Assembly (NCBI RefSeq): GCF_006345805.1
Contig: NC_042999.1
Coordinates: 34,596,001-34,660,000 of the forward strand
Reading direction: 5' to 3'
Length of the DNA: 64,000 nt
From: Octopus sinensis
Lineage: Eukaryota
This document shows, in pieces, positions 1-12,826 of this stretch. The position numbers and the translations under genes were made by a program. How positions within the stretch are numbered: position 1 is the first letter of the stretch; every line of letters starts with the position of its first letter. The notes below the pieces were generated by a model that made no database searches, had not been told where the DNA came from, and was given only the letters and a program-made list of their open reading frames with translations.

Positions 1-604
1 TCGGTCATGGAGACGAGTTGCGGGAATGCGTGCCTCACAAACGGCGACCACACCTGTTCACCGTCGTCTACATAGAGCCGGAGATGTCGCAGTCTCAGCG
101 CGTGTCTGCGCATCATCAACCACGGCATGCCCAGCCCCCTTTTAACGGGTGTTGACAGCAAATAGATCGCCTGACCATCGGGACGCATCCTTTCCACAAG
201 AAGCGGAAAAGGATGCGTTCTAGTTTGGTGATGGTAGGGTCGGGACAAGGTACGACGGTCAGGCGGTAGTAGATGATGGACGCGATGTACGCGTTCACCA
301 CCTCCGCCCGACCTTTTAGGGACAGTTTCCTCTCGGCCCATTGCTGGGCGAGAGTCACCACCCTACTCGTTATCTCGTTCCAGTTCTTCTCCATTTGGAG
401 GTCCGGACCGAACCAGACCCCGAGCAACTCAACCGGGCCGTCTGTCCAGCGTCCCACGACGGAGGTACTGGTGGACGGCATGGGCTTGCTTCTCCAGGTG
501 AGGAGCCGCAAGCCCACTGACTTTTCCCGGTTGATTTTTGCTCCTGTCACCGCTTCGTAGTCTTTCAGTGTCTCGCCGACCCGCTCGATGTGCTCGTGGC
601 TTGA
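1..604 (-). mobile_element. Tx1/L1-clade non-LTR retrotransposon, RT C-terminal/thumb fragment (5'-truncated, frameshifted)
   Basis: Minus-strand translation ETLKDYEAVTGAKINREKS...LLGVWFG...W.ERKLSLKGRAEVVNAYIASIIYYRL...LFRFLWKG...PLKGG, then after a frameshift near 135 GLGMP...LRLRHL. These are typical L1/Tx1 post-YADD motifs. The 5' end abuts (GATA)n. Confidence 0.85.
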
Positions 605-605
605 C

Positions 606-694
<89 letters not shown>
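606..694. repeat. (GATA)n microsatellite
   Basis: Direct reading. Confidence 0.98.
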
Positions 695-920
695 TAAGTA
701 TTTTTTCCGGATAAAAATTCATCGTCCATTTAGGGCATTATTCCCTACGTATCGTAGTGTTTTTGTTTTTTCATACTTTATTTCAGAAATTCGTTTCATT
801 TCCGTATGAATATATATAAATGAAAAACATTAGAATAATCAATTTATTAGACGGCGTTCAATAAATGTCATGACATAAATGGAACAGTTTTTCATGCTAA
901 CATATATATGCATACATATA

Positions 921-988
<68 letters not shown>

Positions 989-1024
989 TCATATATATAT
1001 ATATGTATATACATATATATATAT

Positions 1025-1069
<45 letters not shown>

Positions 1070-1424
1070 CAAACATATATATATATATGTTTGTATATAT
1101 ATATATATATTCATATATGTATGTATATACATATATATATATATTCACTGATGTTGGCTATGCATTTTTTGGTGGGCCTGAAATCGATCGATATGGTATC
1201 ATTTCTTTATTAGTTGTGATTTTTATTCACAAGATAGGTATTTTTTCGCTCATTCCCTTGGTTTCACCAGTACAGGTGATTTAAAGACATCATGACTTCT
1301 ATTTTCAGAATGGGGCTACTTCTCCCAGTACCCTTCGTTATAATTGTATATATTTATTTATAGTCATAGACATTATATCAAGTTTTACCTCTAGGGTCTT
1401 TATGCGTGCTAGACACTGATATTT

Positions 1425-1616
1425 TTCTTCTTCTTCTTCTTCTTCTTCTTCTTCTTCTTCTTCTTCTTCTTCTTCTTCTTCTTCTTCTTCTTCTTCTTCT
1501 TCTTCTTCTTCTTCTTCTTCTTCTTCTTCTTCTTCTTTTTCTTCTTCTTCTCCTTCTTCTTCTACTTTTTCTTTTTATTATTATTATTATTAGTAGTAGT
1601 AGTCGTAGTAGTAGTC

Positions 1617-1682
<66 letters not shown>

Positions 1683-1683
1683 T
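1425..1683. repeat. Compound (CTT)n/(TTA)n/(GTA)n microsatellite
   Basis: Direct reading; explains the poly-L/poly-R/poly-S ORFs. Confidence 0.97.
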
Positions 1684-1917
1684 CATCATTATTTAATAAT
1701 AATGGTAATTTTATCCTTTATATATATACACAGATACATGCGCGTACACACGTACACACAACCAGGCATATTATACGCATCTTTTAACATTACTTTTTTT
1801 TAAATTCTGCTACTTATTCTAACGTTTTCATTTGGCGAACCACTATCTTAGGGGGATGTTAACACAAATAACACCAGCGGTCAAAAGGTGGAGAGAGACG
1901 AACACAAACACACACCG

Positions 1918-1950
<33 letters not shown>

Positions 1951-2120
1951 CTGTCTGTGTGTGTGTGCGTCTGTCTGTGTGTGTGTCTGTCTGTGTGTGT
2001 GTGTTTATACGTGCATCCTTTAATATTCTTTCCACCTGAAATACAATTTGAACCCAATATGTACATGCTATTATTTCTAACATTACCAGTTTCGAGTTCC
2101 AATTGCATATACATACATAT

Positions 2121-2167
<47 letters not shown>

Positions 2168-2174
2168 TATGTTT

Positions 2175-3555
2175 TTTAGAGATAGAAGTCCCCATGCAAT
2201 TCATCAAATACTAATATTTTAATATTTACTAATTATTTCTAAATTTCTCTTCTATACGTGTTTCATGAGGTGCGTTTAACGTTCCATAGACACGCAGTCT
2301 TTTGCAGGAACATTTCTTAACTGCAACCCCAATCGTCAGGACCTCTGGTAAATTTATTAAAATTCAATAACAATTTCTATGTTTTAATATTTTAACAGTT
2401 ACGAATGTAATTAACAGACAAATATGCGTGCGTGCGTGCAAATAAATTTGCTGAACCTTGCTGTGCAATCCATAATTTAATTGATTAGAAATTAAAAATT
2501 TACAAAACTAAATTCAAACCTGACATGCATATAAATATGTAGGAATGAAAATTATAATATACTAGCACTATGTCCAGGCAACGCCGGGTCATAATGCTAG
2601 TACATGCATATACAGCTGCGTGCGTGCGCACATACACGCGAGTACTGTCCAAATCTCCGACCAGTCACATACAGCTAGCTGGCATTCAATTGGCATATCA
2701 AATTTTGAGCATTTTGATTGGGTTTTGGATAGAAAATTCACAAAAAGTCACATATATTAATTTTTAATGTCCTTGCGGGGTGGCTGGGGAAATGTAAAGA
2801 TGTGCACGGCCATCCTTGGACGGTGTTGAATAACCTTAGAAAGTGTGAGCCCTCTAACTGAAAAATTGTGGATTTGTATAAAGAGCACACACGCAGATAT
2901 TTTGCCGTTTATATATAGAGAGATAATAGTGATGATATAATAATGAAAAGACTATATAATACAGGGATGATAATATAAACAATGACAAAGAAATATATAT
3001 TCGAATAAAAACTATGGTTAAAAGTGGACGTAAACAAATGCGAATGAATGACAAAATGCAAAAAGATATATAAACGAAATCTACGGAGAAAAGTAATTAC
3101 AAATGATAACATATATTAATTTACAAAGTAAAAATTAGAGTGTAATAACCTAAAAATAACGTTTAAAATATCGGAAAACAAATGTCGTAAAAATATGTAT
3201 ATACAAGCTACCGTTGTATAACATTGTCATACTACGTACTAAGTTCAGCTTAATGTCGCAAGGCTCGGCGAAAATATCTACTATCTCACCTACTTGCTGC
3301 TTCTTTTAAACTATTGCTTAATTAGCATATTCACTTAATAGTAACAATGGTCAAGGAAATAAAACGGTGCATCACGGGAGCATTACTTTCTTTAATTTCG
3401 GATTATTCCCACCCTAAATAACGTTAAACGCACCTCATGAAACACGTGTAGAAGAGAAATTTAGAAATGATTAGTAAATATTAAAATAAAATTCTATGAT
3501 ATGGTGTGATGTATGTTAGGATTTCAAGAATTGCATGGGGACTTCTATCTCTAAA
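2175..3555. mobile_element. Putative non-autonomous TIR element (MITE-like, ~1.38 kb)
   Basis: 2175-2202 is the perfect reverse complement of 3528-3555 (28 bp). 2216-2283 matches 3420-3487 inverted (68 bp, 2 mismatches). Both ends are next to TA runs. Confidence 0.65.
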
Positions 3556-3644
3556 TAATATATATTTCCTCATCGAGAATAATTCATTTTAGTTGAATAC
3601 CTGTGACGCCGTAATTTTTCTTCTCTAATAAATAAAATAATATA

Positions 3645-3702
<58 letters not shown>

Positions 3703-3703
3703 C

Positions 3704-3760
<57 letters not shown>

Positions 3761-3805
3761 ATGTCTATGTATATAATATATATATATAATATATATATAT
3801 ATATA

Positions 3806-4978
3806 TCTTATTATAAAAGGCAGATTTTATCTGCCTCCCTTTGTCAGTTATAGAAATCTACAATATAGGATTTCTTCAATTACAATTTACCTAGCATTTT
3901 TAAGAGTAGAATGCATCGGGTTTTGCCAGGTCCAGTTTTTTAAATTTAAACTCCAATTAAGCAAAATTTACAGAAAACTCACATTCTGGTGTGTATGTCA
4001 AATGCTTTTCTTAGTCTGGTTTACAGCACACGCAAACGCACACACACGGTGTGCAACGAATAAAGTGAAACTAGATGTAATATTTGTTTCTGTCTATCAC
4101 GCTGATAGATACATAAGTAAAATGTATGGCAAGCTAACAGATAAGAGTGAGTGAAAATGTTCTTGGAAGAGAGTAAATAGCGACAGAGTGATTCGAGGAA
4201 GACTAAACTGAAAGTATGAAACGGTGTTTATGTATAAACAGACGACACTTATATAAACCCTTTCGTTACCAAACCGCCCGAATTTACCTATTCATATTTA
4301 AATGAAAATATCAGAGTAAATCTCTTTAGTACATTCGTGAAAACACGTATTATACTTCGTAAACACTTCAAATACAGTTTTGTACAAAAATCGAAGTGTA
4401 ATTTTAATTCCGTGAATTATGGGAGATTTTTTTCCGAAATTTGTTCCTATTGTGTTTTCAAAATTTGTAATTCTGACAAAAAATGGATACGAATTTCATT
4501 ATATCAAGCAGCGTGTCAGAATTCGAAGGATTTTCTACTGAAGACCTTCATAAATCTAACTCTATGACTGAAAAAAAAGCATCTTTATATAAGAGTGAAG
4601 TTGTGTGTCTGTCTCCTACGATTTAGATTCGTAACTACTCCCACATTTTGCGGTGCAGTTTAACCAAAAGCGGGTATCTTATAGTCGTGATTCATATCGA
4701 GCCCTTCTGGGTATTAGCGCGCGTCTACGATGAGTCTACGATTTAAAAAAAATTTACCATCATATTTTTTCCATTTTAATGCATTTTGTTCGCTTTTATA
4801 TAAGGGAAGTAACTCTCTAAAAATATCTACGATGTGTCAATGATTTTTTAAAAAATTTACCTTAATTTATTTTCAATTTTTAATGCATTTCTTTGCTATT
4901 TTTAGGCTATAACTCTCTAAAAATGCTTATATAGTTATTTCCCTTACAAACCCGAGCAACGCCGGGCGATACTGCTAG
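3806..4978 (+). mobile_element. Non-autonomous Helitron (core 4582-4978, possible extended 5' end at 3806)
   Basis: A|TC-TTATTATAAAAG start at 3806 and a second A|TC-TTTATATAAG at 4582. The 3' end has a CCCGAGCAACGCCGGG hairpin followed by CTAG|T at 4975-4978. The core is homologous to 41791-42423. Confidence 0.8.
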
Positions 4979-4996
4979 TATATACATATATATATA

Positions 4997-5742
4997 CAGT
5001 CTTTGGTAACAGGGACATGTTAAGGACATAAAAAAATTCAACAAGTTCCTTAAAATATTGGGCACAAAAGATTACAACAAATATATTATACATCTCAAGA
5101 TAATTTCCAGGAGGAATTATTAAAAAAGTTCAGTATACACGTACAGAATATTATGAGTTCAAAAAGATTTACATTATAATAGTGGTGACGCTAAAACTGA
5201 CCTGTCCGTTTTAGGAGGAGTAATGTGGAACTGAAAAGAATTTACCCTTTTTCTTTTTTTGTCTCTCCTTCAAGCATCAATGATTTTGGGGTCAGGATGG
5301 GGTGAGTGTGTGTGTCTTTGTGTGTGTGTGTGCGTGTATACATACATATGTGGTGTGAATAGATGTGTCTGTGTGTCTGTAAGATCTGGCAGGATGGTGT
5401 GTCCGTTTGTCAAACGCGTGTGTGGTTGTCTTGGTGTTGTGTGTGTGTGTGTGTATGTATGTATGTGTGTGGATGGCATTTGGCATGGTGCTGCGTGTGT
5501 ATATGTGTGTCTGTATAGAGGTGAGATTGGTGTGAGTGTGTGTGTCCTTGTGTGTGTGCATATATATGTATACATGTGTTTGTGTGGGGGGGGGCTGTTT
5601 TTGATTGGAACCAATGAAAAACATCCCCCACACATACACAAACACAGAACGATTATGTATGTAGTAATCTTTTGTGCCCAATATTTTAAGGAACTTGTTG
5701 AACTTTTTTATGTCTTTAACATGTCCCTGTTACCAAAGACTG
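4997..5742. mobile_element. Tc1/mariner-type MITE with ~79-bp TIRs
   Basis: TA|CAGTCTTTGGTAACAGGG... and ...CCCTGTTACCAAAGACTG|TA. TIRs are about 4997-5075 and 5664-5742, with TA target duplication. Confidence 0.85.
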
Positions 5743-5927
5743 TATATATGTAAGATAGCAATTTGCAACAACCAATAATTAATGCAAACAAACTTCTACA
5801 TGTTACTTTTGACAATCTTTTTCCAAAGACTGAAACCGGTAAAGTAAATAAACATCTTTTAAATTGCATTTTCAAACCTTCTTTCGTATATAATTCCACT
5901 CGCGCGGTACCCCACAACTCCACTTTG

Positions 5928-5969
<42 letters not shown>

Positions 5970-5970
5970 T

Positions 5971-6064
5971 AGCAATAAGGGTTTAGCAACGAGTTGCCTT
6001 ACCACATACCGAATTTAGAAATTCGGTATGTGGTAAGGCAACTCGTTGCTAAACCCTTATTGCT
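5971..6064. repeat. Perfect 46-bp inverted repeat with 2-nt loop (fold-back of a dispersed repeat)
   Basis: 5971-6016 is the exact reverse complement of 6019-6064. The left arm plus loop resembles 61188-61238. Confidence 0.95.
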
Positions 6065-6165
6065 TAGTATTACTTAAATTTTCCTCGAATGAGCTTTTAC
6101 ATGCCGAAGACTACTTGGTGTAATTGATAATTTTTCCAAATTAATTAATTTCACCCTTCATTATT

Positions 6166-6295
<130 letters not shown>

Positions 6296-6713
6296 ATCCA
6301 TTTGCAATGCTTGTACATTTTCCAGTAACTCTCTGTCGCTATTGAATCCTATCTTTCATCCTATGCAACAGGTCAGAGACCTGGCATTTTTATATGTATG
6401 TATGTATGTATGCATGTATGTATGTGTGTCTGTATATACATATGTACGTATGTATGCATGTATATGTGTAGAATACTGGGTGCGTAAAGATTTCGAAAAT
6501 TCTTACCAATTGAAAGAATATTAAATTCATGTTCTAATCACTTTGAGTCATGCCTCAAAGTGCCTTTTGCTTTTTCTCGTTTAACCAGCAACAGGCGATT
6601 AAGGCCATTGAAGCACGCCATTGGAACTGCCTTTTCCTAAGAAATAAGGACTTTCATTCATGAGAAAATCACTATGCTTTTGAACATGTATCTCTTTCTG
6701 ACATTATTGCTTT

Positions 6714-6735
6714 ATTATTATTATCATCATTATTA

Positions 6736-6800
<65 letters not shown>

Positions 6801-6804
6801 TTTA

Positions 6805-6883
<79 letters not shown>
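6714..6883. repeat. (ATT)n microsatellite
   Basis: Direct reading. Confidence 0.97.
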
Positions 6884-6884
<1 letters not shown>

Positions 6885-8026
6885 ATCTTCCCCTCTGTAG
6901 AATGTCTCCATAATATTAGTATATCTTATATATATATATATATACACATATTAGTTGAAATGCATTATAGTTATGGCCAAACCGATTGAAGAAATTGAGA
7001 AAGAAGAAAGGAAAAACATTTGTTAACAGATATTTAACACTGATTACTGTAACATTTTATAAGGTCCGTTATTCGAAATAATATTCTTCAATATATCTTC
7101 AATGATACAACTTCGTAATATTCACTTGGATCAAAGCAAAAATGAATCTAGCCAAAGTAATTATTTTATGAAATGTGCGGACGTTTTGGCTTTTTCTTTT
7201 CGCTTTTCTTTTCTTGCAGTAAGAAATGCATTCTTCCAAAGACGCAAGTGCATTTTAGTAGTATCATTAAGTTTGCTAGATTAGCTAAAAGTAAGGTGAG
7301 TAGCGACATTTGATGTGATAGTTACTCTGTAGTTAGGAAAAATGTCATTTCGGAGTTAATACAGAAAGAAACAAAACTGATTTGATGTATTTATGAAAGT
7401 AGAAAGGACATCTTCCTCTTAACCCGATTATACATTCAGAGTCCATTCACATTGGCGACAATGTGAGGAAAGTGATAACACCAAGAAACGTGATTATCAT
7501 GGAGCTGAACCGTCGGTGGAATTATACTCTGTCTCTCAGCAATGTTTTCCGAGTCTCTAGAATGCATCCATTAATTTCCGAAAGATATTGCTCGCCAAAT
7601 ATGCAGGAGATGCTAAAGGCAAAAATAAGCAAACAAAATACCATCAGTAGTCTCGTTCCAATCTGTTGATGAGACCGACAAAGTCTAGAAATGTCTTCAT
7701 AGAATGCTAAACAATTTTGACAGGGAACGCAAAATTTGCAACGAAAGATATTTTAAGGACGATATAAGAAATATTGAAAACATGTTTCCTCTCTCTGGTT
7801 ACCAGGAATATATATGTATATACGTATGAATTAATTTAAATATGGCTTTGTTTTGTTAATGAATAAATGCATGTATGAAACATTCTCATGTATAAATACG
7901 TAGATAAACTATGCATTTTGTCTACTCTAAAACATTAAACTTATACACAAGCCATATCTCTTGTATTCATGAGTGCTTCGGCTTTGAGCATTCTGTTTTT
8001 TTAAAAAAATTTTTCCTTACTTATAT

Positions 8027-8077
<51 letters not shown>

Positions 8078-8564
8078 GACTCTATATATCTGATTGTATC
8101 ATTTTGATGTGCATGCATAAGCATGCATACATCACACTCATACATATATGTGTGCATGCATGTATAAATACATACATACATACATACATAAAGCAAACCA
8201 AATGAAATTCTCCATAAAATAGCGAGTTTAAATAGGAAAAGAAATTACACGTTATATGATTTAAACAAGCTGTATACGCGTTGCTCTCATTAGGTATCTT
8301 ATGCGCTTATAATGAATTGTTGACACTGTTATAGAATCAATTATAGCAATAAGTGTGGCGAACTTGATTAAGGAATAATCTTATATATTTACTAGAAAAT
8401 GGAATATTCATCTTATAATATGAAACTTATTTGTTGCCATTCATTGTGTTTATGAAAGGATGCGAAATATACCAAAAATTATCAGGTTTCATAGAACAGA
8501 ATATAATACACTGCTGATCAGTGTCCATTATCAGGGACGTTGGTAATAGGATAAATATACAATT

Positions 8565-8611
<47 letters not shown>

Positions 8612-8623
8612 TGTATAGGTATG

Positions 8624-8681
<58 letters not shown>

Positions 8682-8730
8682 ACATATATGCATATATATA
8701 AATGTATGTAAATATGTATGTATGTATGCA

Positions 8731-9568
8731 CAGGGTGCGATGGGTAAAGTTTTGCCATTTTATGTTTCGTGCATACGCATTTTGGGTTTTATAGACTACA
8801 CAGCATAGACGGATCACTTGGGTGCCGTCTGTAAGGAAAATAGCACCATGACACAACTCACTCTGAAAGAAGTTTGCAAACGACGTACTGTGCTGCATGC
8901 CATTCGCGACGGAAGCTCCAATACGAAGATTTCAGAGTGCCTCGGAGTGAATCTGAGGACAGTGGATGTACCAAGAGCGATACAAATAAAATATCCAGTC
9001 AACATCATGGCGTTTGGAGTGATGTCTAGGATGCCGACTTTATGCCTCATTTTATCCTCCTACACGGTCTCAGACTTAAGACAGAGGCCTACACCAAATG
9101 CCTGGAGGAATCAGTTCTTCCCTGGGTCAGGAGGGTGGCTGCCGAAAGACCTTATGTCTAGCAACAGGACTCTGCACCATGCCACGCAAGCAGGAGAACC
9201 CAGTCATGGCTGTCAGACAGTTTCTGCGACCAAAGGACCACCAACGTCTGGTCATCTAACTCCCCAGACTGCAATGTGTGGTGCGCAGTTGAGCGAGAGA
9301 CCAACAAAACTCCTTGTAATACCAATGATGATCTGAAGGTAAATATTATATGAGCATTCACCAACTGAAGCAAGTCGAGCCTCCAGTAGAATAGCAGGAG
9401 ATTCGGAAGTCGTCCGGCGGTCATGGTTTAAGGCAATGGCGATTTTATTGAATAACTTTACTCCTTAGTATTTTTAAGTAACTTTATCAAATATATCTAT
9501 TAAAATGAGATGTCAGTGTTATTTTCAATTTTGCTTAATTCAGACGACAGTTTATTCACTGCACCCTG
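8731..9568 (+). mobile_element. Internally deleted Tc1/mariner (DD37D/maT-like) DNA transposon
   Basis: TIR ends CAGGGTGC...GCACCCTG|TA. Degenerate transposase IKYPVNIMAFGV...QQDSAPCHASRRTQSWLSDSFCD...NSPDCN..VW, with spacing compatible with D37D although the PLDYY segment is deleted. Confidence 0.85.
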
Positions 9569-9792
9569 TACATATGATATATATATGATACATAAATGCA
9601 CAGTGTATTATCCACTAGCGCACGCACAAACATTCATATGAATATTTACACGAAAAACGTATACGTGCGTGCGCGTGTATGTGTGCGCCTGTGTGTGTCT
9701 ATCTTTGATACTTTGATACTTTGATAGGTTTCGGCCATTATTGGCCCAGGCCATGTCTAACTTAATAGCACCACCTGGTGAAGTCTTTCAAG

Positions 9793-12700
9793 TCAGAATT
9801 TGGGCACTATGGCCCACTCAAGTAGAGAGTTATTGTTTACAGAGACATATCCGGGTGTGGGGGGTTTATCCGGGATTTCTTGAAGGAATCTGTCCAAAGA
9901 CTTCTTGAACCCTATAGGGTCAGTTTCTGTTTTAATGTTTTGTGGTGTAATGTTAAAGAGAGCGGGGCCAATTGAGGTGAAATAATTGTGCCGTATTGTT
10001 GTTATGAGATGAGAGTGCGATTTTTGTTTTGGGCGGATAGCACGGGGCCCAAGCCTTGGATGTACCTTAAAGGTGATGCCAACATCATTTGGGCAATGCT
10101 GATGGAATATTTTCCACATCATGCAGATGATGTAGCGCTCACGACGACGTTGGAGAGAATAGAGTTTTAGCTTTTCTAGTCGACCCCAATAGTCGAAGCC
10201 TGTCATGCCATCTATCTTTTTTGTGATTGCCCTTTGAGGTGCTTCAACTTTTATGATACCTTGTATTGTGTGGGGAGACCACAGTGGACAACAGTATTCA
10301 AGGTGGGGTCGGGCAAAAGTGGAGAAGAGAAGGATAATGGTGTGGATATCTCTCGACTGGAAAGTTCTGAGAATCCAGGAACACATTCTGCGGGCCATGT
10401 CAACTTTGGTGTTTATATGAGTGGCCCAGCTTACGTTGTTGTCCACAATTACTCCCAAGTCTCTGATGTTGTTGGACGCCGCGAGAGTTTCACCTGAAGG
10501 AAGGGAGTATGGGAGTTTCAGGGCATCCTCTTTTCCAAAGTGGATTAGCTCAAATTTATCCTCGTTCAGCAGCATATTGTTTTTTTCTGCCCATTGGATA
10601 ACAGCCAGTAGATCTGACTGAAGGCATGTCCGGTCACTCGCCTTATTTATGACCTTCTGTAGCTTGGAGTCATCTGCAAAGATTTTTATGTTGCTGTGCT
10701 TGATGATGTCATTAATGTCATTAATGTAAATGATGAAAAGAAGTGGGCCCAGCACAGTGCCTTGCGGAACGCCACTACTGACTTTGGCTGGGCTTGATTT
10801 TACCCCTTCAACTACAACATGTTGAGATCTGTCTGTCAGGAAACACTTAATCCATTTCAGTAACTTTCCAGAGACACCAATGTTGGATAGTTTTTTCAAT
10901 AGGATCTTGTGATCGACCCTGTCGAAGGCCTTACTGAAATCAAGGTAGATGACATCGGTGTTGGAGCCCTCTCCCAAAGCTCTCAAAATGTCCTCAAAGT
11001 GATGCAGGAGCTGCGTTAGGCAGTCCCTTCCATTACGGAACCCATGTTGGTTGGAGATCAGCCGTCTGTTGCTTTCCAGAAATTGGGTATTCGAGATCTC
11101 ACCACCCTCTCAAATACCTTGATGATATGAGGTGAGTGAGATCGGACGGTAATTCACTGCAAGGGACTTGTTTCCCTTTTTGAAAACTGGGACAACAGAC
11201 TGGGACAGAAGGTTTTTTGGAATATAGCCAGCATCCAGTGAGTTTCTCCACAGATTAGCAAGGGGAGATGCAAGTTGGTGTCGACACCCTTCAGGACACA
11301 AGCAGGGAACCTATCGGGGCCTACTGCTGAATTGTGTTTTATTTCGTTTATCGCCGCTAAGACATCAGGGGCACTAAACGTTATGTCCGATATAGTGTGT
11401 TGGGGGTTGACATCACTGATACAGCCCAGATCGGCCATATCAGGATTGCTGAAAACAGAGCAGTATTGTTTCTGCAGTATCTCGGCCATGGATTTGGCAT
11501 TATCTTGGAGAGTGCCAGTTTCGTCAATTAGAGGGCCTACAGTGGAGACAGTGACCCTGCGTTTCCTCGCAAATGAAAAGAACAATTTGGGGTTGAGTTT
11601 GATTTTTTCAATGGCCCACTTCTCCTCAGCTGATCTTTGGTTATTGATGAGGGTCTTCATGCATTGTTGGAGGTTATATTTTTTTGGATTCAAGCAGTGC
11701 GATAGCCGTCGAATGTGTGTGTTGCTGTTGGCAGTACTTTAGTTTGTTAAATTTTTTGTTTGTTCTTTTTATTTTTCTGATAATGGTTTTTCTGTTTGGG
11801 GGATTCTGCACTTTTTGTTCACAGGTCTTGGTGGGGAGTGTTTTGCACATATGTCTGTGACGGTGTCTACAAAGATCTGCCAAGATGTTTTATGGTTGGT
11901 GGAGATGTGTGTATGTGTAAAGGACCAGTCAACATTTGATAGCTCGTTCCTGATTGCATCACAGTTGGCTTTATGGAGATCCATGTTGTCAAATGGATGG
12001 GCTGGAGGAAGGTCACTAGGATTAGCTTTCGGCTGGTGGAATTTCATGTTACAGAGAACCATGTCATGGTCTGAAAGAAGGGTTTTTTCCACTGTAACGT
12101 TATGTATAGTGTTAGTGTGGTTACTAAACACTAGGTCCAAAATGTTCTGATGTCTTGTTGGTGCAAGGACAAGTTGGGACAAGAAAAACTCATTCGTAAA
12201 GTCGAAAAGTGACTCTGCTGCTTCTTTGTCAGCGGTTGAGGCGGGAGTGCTTGGTTTCAAACAGTTTGTAGTCCAGTCAACACAGGGTAGATTGAAGTCT
12301 CCCATCATGAGTATGTTGCTAGAATGGCACTGTTGAATAAAGCACTTAATGCTGTTGAGGCATTCTTTAAAGCACAGTATGGGTGTTTGGGGGGCGGCCT
12401 ATAGAGCCCAATTACTGTCAGGTCATTGGCTTTGTTGTGCACGGTGACTGATTCACAGTAGCCATTGGAGAATATACTATTTCCATCTGCCGTAAATGAA
12501 TCATGCAGGAAAATGGCAGTTCCACCCTTCCTCCTGCCGATACGATCCGCGCGGATGGTTGTGAAATTCTTCACTCTCACTTCGGCTTCCAAGTGGGAGT
12601 TGTCAAGGTGGGTCTCAGTGAGAATGAAGAAAGGGATGTGGTGTGAATGGTTACCAACCCAGTCTTCAATGAATTGGACCTTCCATTTTTGTGCATTGAT

Positions 12701-12826
12701 GGAAGGGCTGACACCTTGTGCATTGAGTAGGAATGTGGAGGTTAGTGTAGTGGCTGGTTTTGACTGTTGCAGGGGGCTTGGATTTTTTGTGTGTGTTAGT
12801 GGCAGCAATGTGGGGAATTGGTGCAC
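9793..12826 (-). pseudogene. CR1 ORF2 (APE endonuclease + reverse transcriptase), frameshifted
   Basis: Collinear pieces 12305-12826, 11769-12308, 11154-11693, 11110-11301 and 9793-10986 reconstruct one ORF2 through frameshifts (e.g. near 12375: FKECLNSIKCFIQQCHSSNILMMGDF). Confidence 0.92.

Noticed and set aside
9727-9765. CTG-GGCC-AATAAT-GGCC-GAAAC in the CR1 3' UTR (minus strand) as a hammerhead
   Set aside because: It lacks the CUGANGA core and a closable stem I/III; better explained as the CR1 3' stem-loop.
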